A DNA stretch of 64,000 bases from Candidatus Dadabacteria bacterium. Its GTDB lineage: Bacteria; Desulfobacterota_D; UBA1144; Nemesobacterales; CSP1-2. Shown here one piece after another: positions 1-9,315 of this stretch. The notes beneath the pieces are model-generated. The model searched no databases. It saw nothing but the letters and a program-made list of their open reading frames with translations, and was not told where the DNA came from. The DNA lies in NCBI GenBank assembly GCA_963805855.1, contig CAWDVW010000005.1, positions 32,531 to 96,530 of the forward strand, given 5' to 3'. Numbering within the stretch: the first letter of the stretch is position 1; every line of letters starts with the position of its first letter. Both the position numbers and the translations under genes were made by a program.

Positions 1-909
1 CCCGGCGCAGACACTTGCCGGCTGGGTATAACATCGGCGAAAGGACTCGCCACAAGGCTAAGCGACGGAATGTCAAACGGTCTATCGGAATACAAGGAAA
101 TGGCAAAGGACTTGAAGATTAAGATATCCGGATGCCCAAATTCCTGTGCACAACATGTATCTGCAAATATTGGTTTTCAGGGCGCATCCATAAATCATGA
201 AGGGAGAACAGTTCCCGCAGAAATGGTTTGTGTAGGGGGCTCACTTTTAGGAGACGATACCCGGCTTGCCATGCCGATCAGGAAGATTCCCACTCGGAAT
301 GCCCCTAAGGTGGTAAAAAAGCTGCTGGATTTACACAGGGATGAAAAAGATGGTGACGAGGACTTTGACATGGTTATGCAAAGACTGGGAGCCGATCGGA
401 TAAAGAAAGAACTTGATGAATTTACATCTATTCCATCTTTTGAAGAAGACCCCGCGTTCTATCAGGATTGGGGACACGAGGAAGAAAAATTCGAAGTTCA
501 ACAGGGGGTCAAAGGGGAATGCGCGGGCGCGACTGTTGAGGAAAAGATCCCGACCTTTAAAGATGCTGAAAAACATTTAGAGAAAGCGCGCGCCTTTTTA
601 CACCACGGTGAATTAAAATCATCAATAATAGAATCGTACCATGCATGTTCAGCTACTGCTCATGTACCCTTGTACACAAAATTGGTCGACCCATTTACCG
701 ATGAACAAACAATATGGGAGTTTGAGAACATGCTTGTACGCACTGGAGAAGCAGACAGTAAATGGATTGATATTGGTGCGCGCCTGAAGGAAAAACTCAA
801 CGTGGAACCCACAAAAGAAATCGCCGAGGAACTGTTGGCTGTAGCAAACGACATGCATGTGGAATGCCAACAAATTAAGATGAATCTTACTCAGGCTAGA
901 AAAACTTAG
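1..909 (+). CDS. Sulfite/nitrite reductase hemoprotein (4Fe-4S/siroheme) family, 5'-truncated by the window edge, with an approximately 180-aa C-terminal extension of unknown function
   Basis: Frame 1 is open from nt 1 and reads PGADTCRLG...ISGCPNSCAQH, the Cys-x5-Cys and Cys-x3-Cys cluster typical of siroheme sulfite/nitrite reductases. The listed ORF 70..909 is the in-frame continuation. The C-terminal approximately 180 aa (DEKDGDEDFD...HACSATAH...) match no family I recognise. Confidence 0.7.
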   Translation, partial: PGADTCRLGITSAKGLATRLSDGMSNGLSEYKEMAKDLKIKISGCPNSCAQHVSANIGFQGASINHEGRTVPAEMVCVGGSLLGDDTRLAMPIRKIPTRNAPKVVKKLLDLHRDEKDGDEDFDMVMQRLGADRIKKELDEFTSIPSFEEDPAFYQDWGHEEEKFEVQQGVKGECAGATVEEKIPTFKDAEKHLEKARAFLHHGELKSSIIESYHACSATAHVPLYTKLVDPFTDEQTIWEFENMLVRTGEADSKWIDIGARLKEKLNVEPTKEIAEELLAVANDMHVECQQIKMNLTQARKT

Positions 910-1028
910 CAGATTCAAAATCTAATAAAGAATCAATTACATATTTCCCCACTAATTGTTGTGTCAGGGCTCTGATTTGGACAACTGGACAAATTAGGAT
1001 GATTCACGAAGAGACTAGCTGCTTCGAA

Positions 1029-3677
1029 TTAAAAAAATGATTCCAGCTTTTCCAGTACTTCATTGGTTTTCCCGATGATTTTATCACATTTCGGCAAGGA
1101 TTCCAGAAAGAACCTCCCATAAGGCCTTGTAATAATCCTTCTATCTAAAACCAGCACAGCGCCTTTATCGACCCTAGATCTTATAAGCCGCCCAAAACCC
1201 TGTTTGAATTTTAATACTGCAACCGGAACAGTGTATTCTAAGAACGAATCAATCCCCTGCCTTTCCATATATTCAACTCTAGCTTCTATAATAGGATCTG
1301 TTGGAACCCTGAATGGCAGCCTGGTAATAATAACCAGCCTTAGAGCTGCTCCCGGGACATCTACTCCTTCCCAAAAACTATCGGTTGCAAAAAGAACAGA
1401 ATTGACTTCTTTTCTAAACTTATCGAGAAGTCTGGCCCGCGGAAGGCTTCCCTGCTTTAATGGAACAAGCCCAAGACGCTCAAGTCTTTCACCTATTTCC
1501 TTATAAACCAATTCGAGAAGAGAATATGATGTAAAGAGAATAAGAGCATCACCACCAGATGCTTTAACTGCATCGAAAATCACGGGCGAGACCTTTAAAG
1601 AGTGTTGAATATCCGTTGGCTCCGGCATATCATTGGGTATCGCGAGCAGAGCCTGTTGTTCATAATCAAAGGAAGAAGGCAATATATGCTCCGTAACCCT
1701 GTTGTTATCAGTTAAACCAACCCCCGATTTTAGAAAATTAAAATTGGCTCTCACAGCCATCGTAGCAGAAGTCATCACTATCGTACTACAGCTCGAATAT
1801 AGCCTTTCCCGTAAATGTGGTGATATATCAAGTGGTGAAAGACCAATACCAGAAAGGATTCCCCCTTTTCCAACCCTACCCTCAATCCATCTTATATAGC
1901 CATCATCCTCTCGATCCAGGAAAGAATCGATGACCTGGGAGAAGTAATTGACTCTATTCCCAACACCTTTAAATTCTACAAGGATCTTCGCGACATCGGT
2001 TTCGGATTCAAACTCAATGAGAACATCCATGAAGTCTCTGATTTCATCACCCAATTCACGAAGTTTCACACTCAGAATAGAAAATTTCTTGTGAATTTCT
2101 TCCCACCCCGCTGTCTCAAATATATCTTCTGTAATTCTTAATTTTATCTCAATTTTGGAACCCTCCTTTGCCTCAACAATCGGAAGTGAAAAATAATAAA
2201 GCTCGTCAAACGTATTTAGTACAAGTTCTTCAACCATATCTACCTGCGGTGAAAGCCTTGCTTCTACTCTTCGAAGGACCTTATTGAGTATTCCTTGCTT
2301 AAAAAATTTCCTGAGCCTTGTTGTAAGATTAGCAGTGTAGAAGATCAATCCTTTTATCTCACCGCTACTTCCCTTCCTCTTTAACCTTCTCAATGCCCTT
2401 ATAATCCCAAATTTTGTCGCCCTCATTCCAAAATGTGACGTAGCGGCATCTACAATATGATGGGCCTCATCAAATACAATATTCTTATACGGGGGTAGGA
2501 TTCCAGCTTCATTTTCCTCACTTGCCCCTTTTATTGCCAAATCGGAAAAAACAAGGTGATGGTTTGCAACTATAATCTGAGACGATGCAACATCTCTCCT
2601 CGCCTTATAAAAAAAGCAATTTGAGTAGTGGGGACACCTCACACGTAAACAGCTATCACTCTCTGCCGAAACCTTGTCCCAGACAGCCTCAGGAGGGGTA
2701 AAATTTAAATCCGATAATGAGCCGTCCTTCGTAAACTTTGACCAGTCAAGGATGTTGCTTAGGATTTTGATTTCTTCGTCTTCGGCAAATTCGAACAGGC
2801 CCTCCCCAACAGTATCAGCCCTCAGAAGACACAGGTAATTCCCCATACCTTTCACAAGAGAATGTTTGAACTCCTGATCTAAACTACTGTGAACAAGTGG
2901 GATGTCTTTCTCGGAAAGCTGCTCCTGAAGGTTAATAGTATTGGTGGAGATAACAACCCTCTCGCCATTCAGAAGAGACCAATAAATAGAAGGTATCAAA
3001 TAAGAAAGCGTTTTGCCCGTGCCCGTTCCGGCTTCGATTATCGATACCATATTCTCATTAAACGCGTTTGAGACCGCTTCGAGCATGGCTATCTGTTCTT
3101 CACGCCTTTCATAATTTGCACCCAGACCCTCGGCAACTTTACCCTTAGGCATTAGTAGTCGTTTGATACCCTCAGAGTCCAGCAGCTTTATCTCGACTTC
3201 CTTAAAACGTTCAACGACAACATAAACCCTCGAAGCATCATTATTAGCTATATAGAACCCGACACCGTGATTTCCGAAAACAGAGGCCATTTGTATATCT
3301 TGATCCGAGGGAGTTAAATTTCCAGATGGATGATTGTGGATTACGACTTCACCCGATCTAGCAGAGTCGATTACAGCGGGAACAGAATAATTATTCCCCC
3401 GCGCGATCACTCTCATATTCTCTATGACGTCGCCATCCCCAAATGAGGCAACAAAAAACACCTCATTTCCATCCGCTTCCTTAACAACCTCTACAAATTC
3501 CTTCCTGGCATTTTTTGAAAAGATATCTAACTTCACAGCAAGAAAACTAACATACCAGTTGTTTTTTCCAATAAAGGACCAGCTGCAGTCCGCCCCGGAC
3601 CAGACGTCTCCGAGATTTTCCTCCTGTTTACTATAGAAAACGCAGGTAAAAAAGGGTAGTTTATCACCGTACACCAT
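1029..3677 (-). CDS. dinG: DinG/Rad3-family ATP-dependent DNA helicase fused to an N-terminal RadC-like JAB (JAMM) domain
   Basis: Walker A (AGTGTGKT) and DEAH-box (FDEAHH) motifs are present, and the size and arrangement fit superfamily-2 DinG/XPD helicases. The N-terminal approximately 190 aa carry E...HNHPSGNLTPSDQD, i.e. the HxH-x7-S-x2-D JAMM/RadC signature. The track ORF runs to 3758, but codons 1-27 overlap tRNA-Ser, so the start is taken as the internal Met (MVYGDK) at 3677. Confidence 0.8.
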   Translation of the reverse strand: MVYGDKLPFFTCVFYSKQEENLGDVWSGADCSWSFIGKNNWYVSFLAVKLDIFSKNARKEFVEVVKEADGNEVFFVASFGDGDVIENMRVIARGNNYSVPAVIDSARSGEVVIHNHPSGNLTPSDQDIQMASVFGNHGVGFYIANNDASRVYVVVERFKEVEIKLLDSEGIKRLLMPKGKVAEGLGANYERREEQIAMLEAVSNAFNENMVSIIEAGTGTGKTLSYLIPSIYWSLLNGERVVISTNTINLQEQLSEKDIPLVHSSLDQEFKHSLVKGMGNYLCLLRADTVGEGLFEFAEDEEIKILSNILDWSKFTKDGSLSDLNFTPPEAVWDKVSAESDSCLRVRCPHYSNCFFYKARRDVASSQIIVANHHLVFSDLAIKGASEENEAGILPPYKNIVFDEAHHIVDAATSHFGMRATKFGIIRALRRLKRKGSSGEIKGLIFYTANLTTRLRKFFKQGILNKVLRRVEARLSPQVDMVEELVLNTFDELYYFSLPIVEAKEGSKIEIKLRITEDIFETAGWEEIHKKFSILSVKLRELGDEIRDFMDVLIEFESETDVAKILVEFKGVGNRVNYFSQVIDSFLDREDDGYIRWIEGRVGKGGILSGIGLSPLDISPHLRERLYSSCSTIVMTSATMAVRANFNFLKSGVGLTDNNRVTEHILPSSFDYEQQALLAIPNDMPEPTDIQHSLKVSPVIFDAVKASGGDALILFTSYSLLELVYKEIGERLERLGLVPLKQGSLPRARLLDKFRKEVNSVLFATDSFWEGVDVPGAALRLVIITRLPFRVPTDPIIEARVEYMERQGIDSFLEYTVPVAVLKFKQGFGRLIRSRVDKGAVLVLDRRIITRPYGRFFLESLPKCDKIIGKTNEVLEKLESFF

Positions 3678-3766
3678 GGAGGGGTGGCCGAGTGGACGAA
3701 GGCGCCGGTCTCGAAAACCGGTAGGGTCTTTGTGGGCTCTCGTGGGTTCAAATCCCACCCCCTCCG
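3678..3766 (+). tRNA. tRNA-Ser (anticodon CGA)
   Basis: GGAGGGGTGGCCGAGTGG... has a 7-bp acceptor stem GGAGGGG/CCCCTCC, an anticodon loop CTCGAAA, a long variable arm and a T-loop GGTTCAAATCC. CCA is not encoded. Confidence 0.85.
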
Positions 3767-3788
3767 TTTATGCAACTTGAGATTAGAA

Positions 3789-4427
3789 ATGCAAAGAAAA
3801 AGATTCGAGATTACTTCAAACAAGGTCATTTATTCCCAAACTATGAATTATGTAGAAAAGGAAAAGATATTTCTCTTGTTTAAGGGTGATCATTTAGATT
3901 CATTCATTGAATCTTCTTCTTATGCAAGCGAAAAGGGATTTAACCTTATTGGCATAAACATGAAAACACCCGGACTAAAGGACCACCTCAAATCTCTGAA
4001 AAAACACGGGCAAAGAAGGTTCGGAGTCTTTAACGTCCCATCAAAGAAGGAGGCAAGGATAGCAATTAATGCGGGTGCATCGTTTATATTTGCCACCCAT
4101 TGCGACAGAGGAATAATAAGAAGATGTAACAGAGAAACTGTATTTAATTCAATAGGATGTCTCACACCAAGCGAGTTAGCCGCGGCGAATGAATTCGGAG
4201 CAAAAACAATCAGCATATTCCCATGTAACAAAATGGGTGGAGTCAGTTGGTTTCTATTCCTCAGGGAAATATTTCCAAAATTAAGATTAATACCAACCGA
4301 TAAGATGAATCCATCAGAGGCAAGCCAGTATCTAAGGAAAGGGGCATGCGCTGTAGCCCCTATTATCGATTTGGACATGGTTCAAAATCCTAGAGGATTA
4401 ATAGAAGATTTTAAAACAATTAAATAG
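3789..4427 (+). CDS. eda: KDPG/KHG aldolase family protein (Eda-like)
   Basis: Motifs GINMKTPG, AINAGASFIFATHCD and TPSELAAANEFGAKTISIFPC resemble the Eda family TPSE...K-x4-FP Schiff-base region. The track ORF start at 3684 overlaps the tRNA, so the first in-frame ATG after it (3789) is used. An alternative start is 3843. Confidence 0.6.
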   Translation: MQRKRFEITSNKVIYSQTMNYVEKEKIFLLFKGDHLDSFIESSSYASEKGFNLIGINMKTPGLKDHLKSLKKHGQRRFGVFNVPSKKEARIAINAGASFIFATHCDRGIIRRCNRETVFNSIGCLTPSELAAANEFGAKTISIFPCNKMGGVSWFLFLREIFPKLRLIPTDKMNPSEASQYLRKGACAVAPIIDLDMVQNPRGLIEDFKTIK

Positions 4428-4552
4428 AAAAGCTACCGCTACAGCTGAAACATCGGTATCATCATCGAACAATCAAATAGAAACCCATAAAATCAAGAAA
4501 TTCGAAAATAATTAGGATATAATATCAGCTAAGAGGAGAACCAATTCAAACA

Positions 4553-5137
4553 ATGATACTCACTGATAGAAAGATAACGCACACAATTTCCTTTATGTTA
4601 ATCATATGCCTTGGCATCTTTTTTATAAACTGCTCAAAATCATACGCGACCCGCGAGCTCGAGGAAAACACCTTGGATATAGCAAGGAGATCGGAAGACA
4701 TAGTAGTGGCAAGATGCGTATCAACTGAATCAAAGTGGAATGAACAAGGTTCCTTAATTTTCACATATGTGACATTTCAAGTGCAGGATACGGTTCAAGG
4801 TGAAAATACAGAGGATAATTTGACTCTAAGATTTTTAGGCGGACGCGTTGGGGATACAGTACAGACTGTACCGGATATGCCGCAATTTTCCGAGAATGAA
4901 GAGGTAATGCTATTTCTCGGCCCAAAAAATAGATCTGGCTATCAAACTTTAAGTAGTATTCAAAACGGCGTGCTCAGGATCAAAACTGACTCCGAAACTG
5001 GTAACAAGTTAATAACAACACCTACCACTGGATTTCAAATATATAAGAGAAATACAGATGAACCCATGTCTACACCATACGGTAATGGAGTTTTGTTGGA
5101 AGACTTCAATTATAGTCTTAAGAAGGCAATTGATTGA
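4553..5137 (+). CDS. Hypothetical lipoprotein
   Basis: N-terminal hydrophobic segment followed by a lipobox-like FINC. No recognisable catalytic motif. Confidence 0.5.
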   Translation: MILTDRKITHTISFMLIICLGIFFINCSKSYATRELEENTLDIARRSEDIVVARCVSTESKWNEQGSLIFTYVTFQVQDTVQGENTEDNLTLRFLGGRVGDTVQTVPDMPQFSENEEVMLFLGPKNRSGYQTLSSIQNGVLRIKTDSETGNKLITTPTTGFQIYKRNTDEPMSTPYGNGVLLEDFNYSLKKAID

Positions 5138-5167
5138 CCAACCCGAAAGCATTGAAAAAGAGCCTCT

Positions 5168-5879
5168 ATGACTAAAAGAAGAATAGTAACTGCGTGTCTT
5201 ATAGCTGTCTATTTTCTGCCATGCATTGCATTTGGTTATCATATACTGAATAACCGAAATTCATCGGGCAATTTCATTTTCCTTAAATGGAGAGATACAC
5301 CCGTAAACCTACGACTCGATCCTGGAACTTTGGGAGGTGGAGATGGAAGAGATGTTGTAGAAGAAGCATGTGACACCTGGAACAACGTGCAAACCGCGGC
5401 AAGGCTCTGCGGAAATTTTTCCACCGTATCCGAAGACATTACGGTCGACAATTATGAATCACTAATATCTACCGATGACGGTAACATTGATGTAATATTC
5501 GATGAAACAGGCGAGATACTAGCCGATTTAAATCTTTCTCCCAATTCGACTCTTGGAGTTGCTTCTGTCACGAGCAACGCGGCAAATGGCGAAATACAGA
5601 ATGTGCTTCTAGTCTTAAATGGGAGTTTACAAAGCAGCTTGGGTTCGGACCTGCTTTCGACAACAATCCACGAGATGGGACATGGCTGGGGGCTAGCCCA
5701 CATACCAATAGGGGGGATTAACACCGTGAGTCCGCCGTGCCGCCGGTGGGCTCGAACCGGTTGATCCCATCGGAATTCCGACAATGTATCCTTTTAACAT
5801 ACCGACTAATGATGCGCTCGGAAGAACACTGGAAATTGATGATGAGATTGGAATATCCGTTAGATACCCGGCTAACTGA
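5168..5879 (+). CDS. Secreted zinc metalloprotease (metzincin, matrixin-like), apparently frameshifted
   Basis: Signal peptide. HEMGHGWGLAH (HExxHxxGxxH) lies in the ORF frame ending at 5764. A Met-turn-like PTMYPF and a C-terminal DDEIGI lie in another frame at 5763-5879. See findings. Confidence 0.55.
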
Positions 5880-5897
5880 TTAAGAACTCGATGAAGG

Positions 5898-6461
5898 TTG
5901 ATTAAGTTGCTATACCAAAACAATTTTAGACACCCAATTATTCCATTATTGTTCAGTGCAATAATATTCATTCTTTCTGTCTCATGCGATGGTGGAAGTG
6001 ACGAGAGCGGCGGAAATGGATCAAACCCGGGTCCTGATATGAATCTCACGGAACCTTTATTTGATGGTGCCATTCAAGGGACCGTAACTTCCTCCCAGGG
6101 ATTTCCGCTAGATGGGGTGCACGTGAGGGCTGTGAATGTAGACAATACAAACGTTCAGATTTCAGCATTTTCAGGCATCGGTCCAAACTTAACTATTCGA
6201 GATGGAGAATTCCGGATCGATGGAGTTCCAGCAGGGAACTACAGAATACTGATTGAAAAATTAGACGGGCGATCGCTCGCGTTCCAAGCACGTCGATATA
6301 GTGATTTTGTACAACAAAACAATTCTCCATTCATTTCCTTTCCCGACGAGTTTTTTAATGGAGCCGACGAATCCGCTGATGACAATCCCAAAGATTCCGT
6401 GGAAATTACAGTACGTAACGGACAGACTACAGGAGGTATAGATATCATCACAAATGACTGA
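5898..6461 (+). CDS. Hypothetical lipoprotein with a carboxypeptidase-regulatory/transthyretin-like beta domain
   Basis: Lipobox LSVSC. The GVPAGNYRI...G segment resembles the CarboxypepD_reg fold. Confidence 0.5.
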   Translation: MIKLLYQNNFRHPIIPLLFSAIIFILSVSCDGGSDESGGNGSNPGPDMNLTEPLFDGAIQGTVTSSQGFPLDGVHVRAVNVDNTNVQISAFSGIGPNLTIRDGEFRIDGVPAGNYRILIEKLDGRSLAFQARRYSDFVQQNNSPFISFPDEFFNGADESADDNPKDSVEITVRNGQTTGGIDIITND

Positions 6462-6467
6462 ACCTTC

Positions 6468-8375
6468 CTAAGCAACCAGATCGAGTGTGATCCTCCTTCT
6501 CTCCGTATCCGCCTCTTCAACCCTAACGTTTACCCTTTGCCCAATCTCAAACGGTCCTTTGCGACTTCTTTTTATTTTTTCTCTGGGCACAAACCCCTCA
6601 ACGAAGACTTCCGTAAGCTCTACAAAAATCCCAAAAGGAAGGACACTCACTACAATACCTTTGAATTCTTTTCCAACGTGTGATTTCATCATGTTTGCGC
6701 TCTCTAGCTTTATAGCCTCTCTCTCAAGTTCGTCAGCATATCTCTCCTGCGTCGAACAGTGATTTGAAATCCACTCCAGAGACTCAGTTGTGTACGGAAT
6801 TTTCCTTCCACTGAGAATACAATCGATAAGTCTATGAACTACCAAATCAGGATAGCGCCTTATTGGCGATGTAAAGTGTGTGTAATGCTTTAGCGCTAGA
6901 CCAAAATGACCCCTGGCTGCTGTCGAATATAATGCTCGTTTTAAGGATCTGAGTATCAGCATATTTACTGCAATCTCCTCAGGTCTCCCTTTCGACTGCA
7001 GAATTACCCTTTGAATATCTTTAGCCTTAACGTTCCCGTCAAATTTAAGAATATAGCCTAGCTTTTTCAGATCATCGGCAAGCTCCTTCAAAGAAATAAT
7101 ATCGGGAATATCATGTATACGATAAATAGAGGGCGTTTCCGAGTTGAATATATGCACAGCCACACTGGTGTTAGCAGCTATCATGAACTCCTCGATTATT
7201 CCATGCGCAATGTTCCTAGTAAGCTTTACTACATCGACGGTTCTTCCAAGCTCGTCTCGGATAAGCTCTGGTTCAGGTATATCGAAGTTAAGCTCACCAT
7301 TTGAAATTCGCCGTTCCCTAACTCTTTCGTAAAGCTCTTTCATTAAATGGATACTTTGAACTATCTCTTTTTTTACACTTTTTTCAGCAGACTGATTGTT
7401 TAGCAAACCCGAAGCAAGTGAGTAGTTTAATCGTGCATGACTTCGTATTACACTTTTATAGATCTTGTAGTCCTTTATGTCACCACTGTTGTTGAAATGC
7501 ATCTCTACGGTCTTAGCAAGTCTGTCTTCATGGGGAACAAGACTACACAAGTCATTTGAAAGTTTTTCGGGGAGCATCGGGATGACCATGTGCGGCATAT
7601 AAATGCTGGTCCCTCGCTGTAGCGCATCGTTATCAATGCCGCTTCCAAGCGTTACGTAATTACTAACATCCGCTATGGACACCCAGAGTGTATATCCGTC
7701 GCCAACGCGTGAAATGCCTACTGCGTCATCGAAATCCTTTGCAGTATCATTATCAATTGTAAAGATGCAGCGGTCCCTCAAATCTACCCTTCCCCGCAAA
7801 TACTCAAAACTAACTTCAGAAGGAATTTCTTCAGACTCGCGCAACGCTTCCGTTGAAAAACCGTTTGGGATATTATTTTCTGCCGATAGCCCTTTGTACT
7901 CAACATCAAGCTTCCCGGCTTTGCCTAATACTTCAACAATATTGATTCTTGGAATATTTTCCTTAACTCTTCCTCCCTGAAGTCCAGCTATGACCAGACT
8001 ACCACTCCTTATCCCTTTCACATCACCTAGCCTAACCGGAATCCTCGAACCGTTTGTATTCCGGGATAATATAATTCCCGTTTTCCCTGTTCTCATGAAC
8101 TTTCCAATGATTTTCCCTTCATTTCGAACCCTCACGGGAGAAATCGATGTTTTTTCCTTTCCACTGTTGACAACCCCTTCCGGAAGTACGTACCTTCCCC
8201 CTCGGATTCTAAAGAGCCTTCCCTCATTTACCATCTTTCTTAGAACCTTCTTAAATGTCCGCCTATTTTCTTTAGTCACATGAAGCCGCTTTGAAATCTC
8301 TCGTGCTCTCGAAGGTCGATACGAGGACCTCTTCATAAATTTCTCTATCTCTCTGGGACCCGGTACCTTAGTCAT
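6468..8375 (-). CDS. rnr: Ribonuclease R (RNase II/R family, RNB domain plus C-terminal S1 domain)
   Basis: N-terminal HTH-like region, a central RNB-like region, and a C-terminal S1 fold (FKGIVVSVLPFGIFVEL) with a basic tail. Confidence 0.8.
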   Translation of the reverse strand: MTKVPGPREIEKFMKRSSYRPSRAREISKRLHVTKENRRTFKKVLRKMVNEGRLFRIRGGRYVLPEGVVNSGKEKTSISPVRVRNEGKIIGKFMRTGKTGIILSRNTNGSRIPVRLGDVKGIRSGSLVIAGLQGGRVKENIPRINIVEVLGKAGKLDVEYKGLSAENNIPNGFSTEALRESEEIPSEVSFEYLRGRVDLRDRCIFTIDNDTAKDFDDAVGISRVGDGYTLWVSIADVSNYVTLGSGIDNDALQRGTSIYMPHMVIPMLPEKLSNDLCSLVPHEDRLAKTVEMHFNNSGDIKDYKIYKSVIRSHARLNYSLASGLLNNQSAEKSVKKEIVQSIHLMKELYERVRERRISNGELNFDIPEPELIRDELGRTVDVVKLTRNIAHGIIEEFMIAANTSVAVHIFNSETPSIYRIHDIPDIISLKELADDLKKLGYILKFDGNVKAKDIQRVILQSKGRPEEIAVNMLILRSLKRALYSTAARGHFGLALKHYTHFTSPIRRYPDLVVHRLIDCILSGRKIPYTTESLEWISNHCSTQERYADELEREAIKLESANMMKSHVGKEFKGIVVSVLPFGIFVELTEVFVEGFVPREKIKRSRKGPFEIGQRVNVRVEEADTERRRITLDLVA

Positions 8376-8794
8376 GGGATTTTAATACTGAATGAGATAT
8401 AATTTATCTTCGATGTTTAATTATTTTGTCGAGACTTGGGAAATAACCAATTCTCTACTGTTATAAAAACTTAGCAAATGAAACCCCCTGCGGCAAGCTA
8501 CAGGGATTTTTCTAGTTAAATGAATGATAAATTGCCCAAATTACTTTGTCAATCGGTTTTGGTAATATTAAGCGGAAGAAACATTACAGACTTAAAGTAT
8601 TAATTTAATATTTTAATCTTATATCGGTGGCAAGAAATTGCACATATCATGAGATAACCGCGTGTCATCAAAGGCACTTCGACTGGCCCGGTCCAGGCTC
8701 CAGCAGACCAATTTCCTGCTCTAAGTGAGAACAAAGATTGCCCCAATTCGGGTCAAAAAATTTCGCAATGTGTACATCTTACATCATTTGGGGA

Positions 8795-9138
8795 CAGTAT
8801 CCTAGATTTTAAATGGGCATTCAAAAAATTGCCAAAATCAATTCCGGAAGCGTTAAAAAAAGTGACAGTCATTACTGTCATCTCGAAGGAACAAAGTGAT
8901 TGAGAGAACTAATTAATTAAAGCTATAGATATCTCGCATTCGCTCGATACGCAAGCGTTTTTTGTCAGCCCTTGTCCTGAGCGATGTTGAAGGATTGTTT
9001 CTTTGTATCAAGACAAAGAAAATAAAAATTCAAACACTGGATCACAGATAATAACATTCGAGGATGACGGATGAGTAAATTTCCTGGAAATTTATTATTT
9101 TTTTTAGGATCTTGTCCACGAAAGATCTAACATCTACA
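8795..9138. repeat. Non-coding repeat family B, copy 1: two conserved blocks (about 68 bp and 140 bp) around a variable core
   Basis: Blocks 8795-8862 and 8998-9138 are near-identical to 43627-43693 and 43776-43913. The second block contains the conserved hairpin TTTCTTTGT-atcaag-ACAAAGAAA. Confidence 0.7.
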
Positions 9139-9315
9139 GCAATGACTTCGGCACAGATGCCATTGCTACGAAATGAGACATCGATCGTTCAGATGTTGAC
9201 ACTCCACAGCCTTTTGTACAGAGTATCGTCACGATAGATTTGAATTTTGGTTTTTTCTCAGATAGTATTCCCCGCTGACAAGTCCTAACGGTTAATACTG
9301 CTTGGAGGCCCATGC

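Noticed and set aside
5746-5759. GGTGGGCTCGAACC resembling a reversed tRNA T-arm
   Set aside because: The flanking sequence cannot form acceptor or anticodon stems. It lies inside the metalloprotease coding sequence.
8626-8642. TGGCAagaaaTTGCA resembling a sigma-54 -24/-12 promoter
   Set aside because: GG-to-GC spacing is 9 nt instead of the required 10. There is no gene downstream on that strand for about 700 bp.
8681-8712. GGCCCGGTCCAGGCTCC resembling the RNase P RNA P4 region
   Set aside because: The invariant AGTCCGGGCTCC and ACAGAACCCGGCTTA elements are absent.
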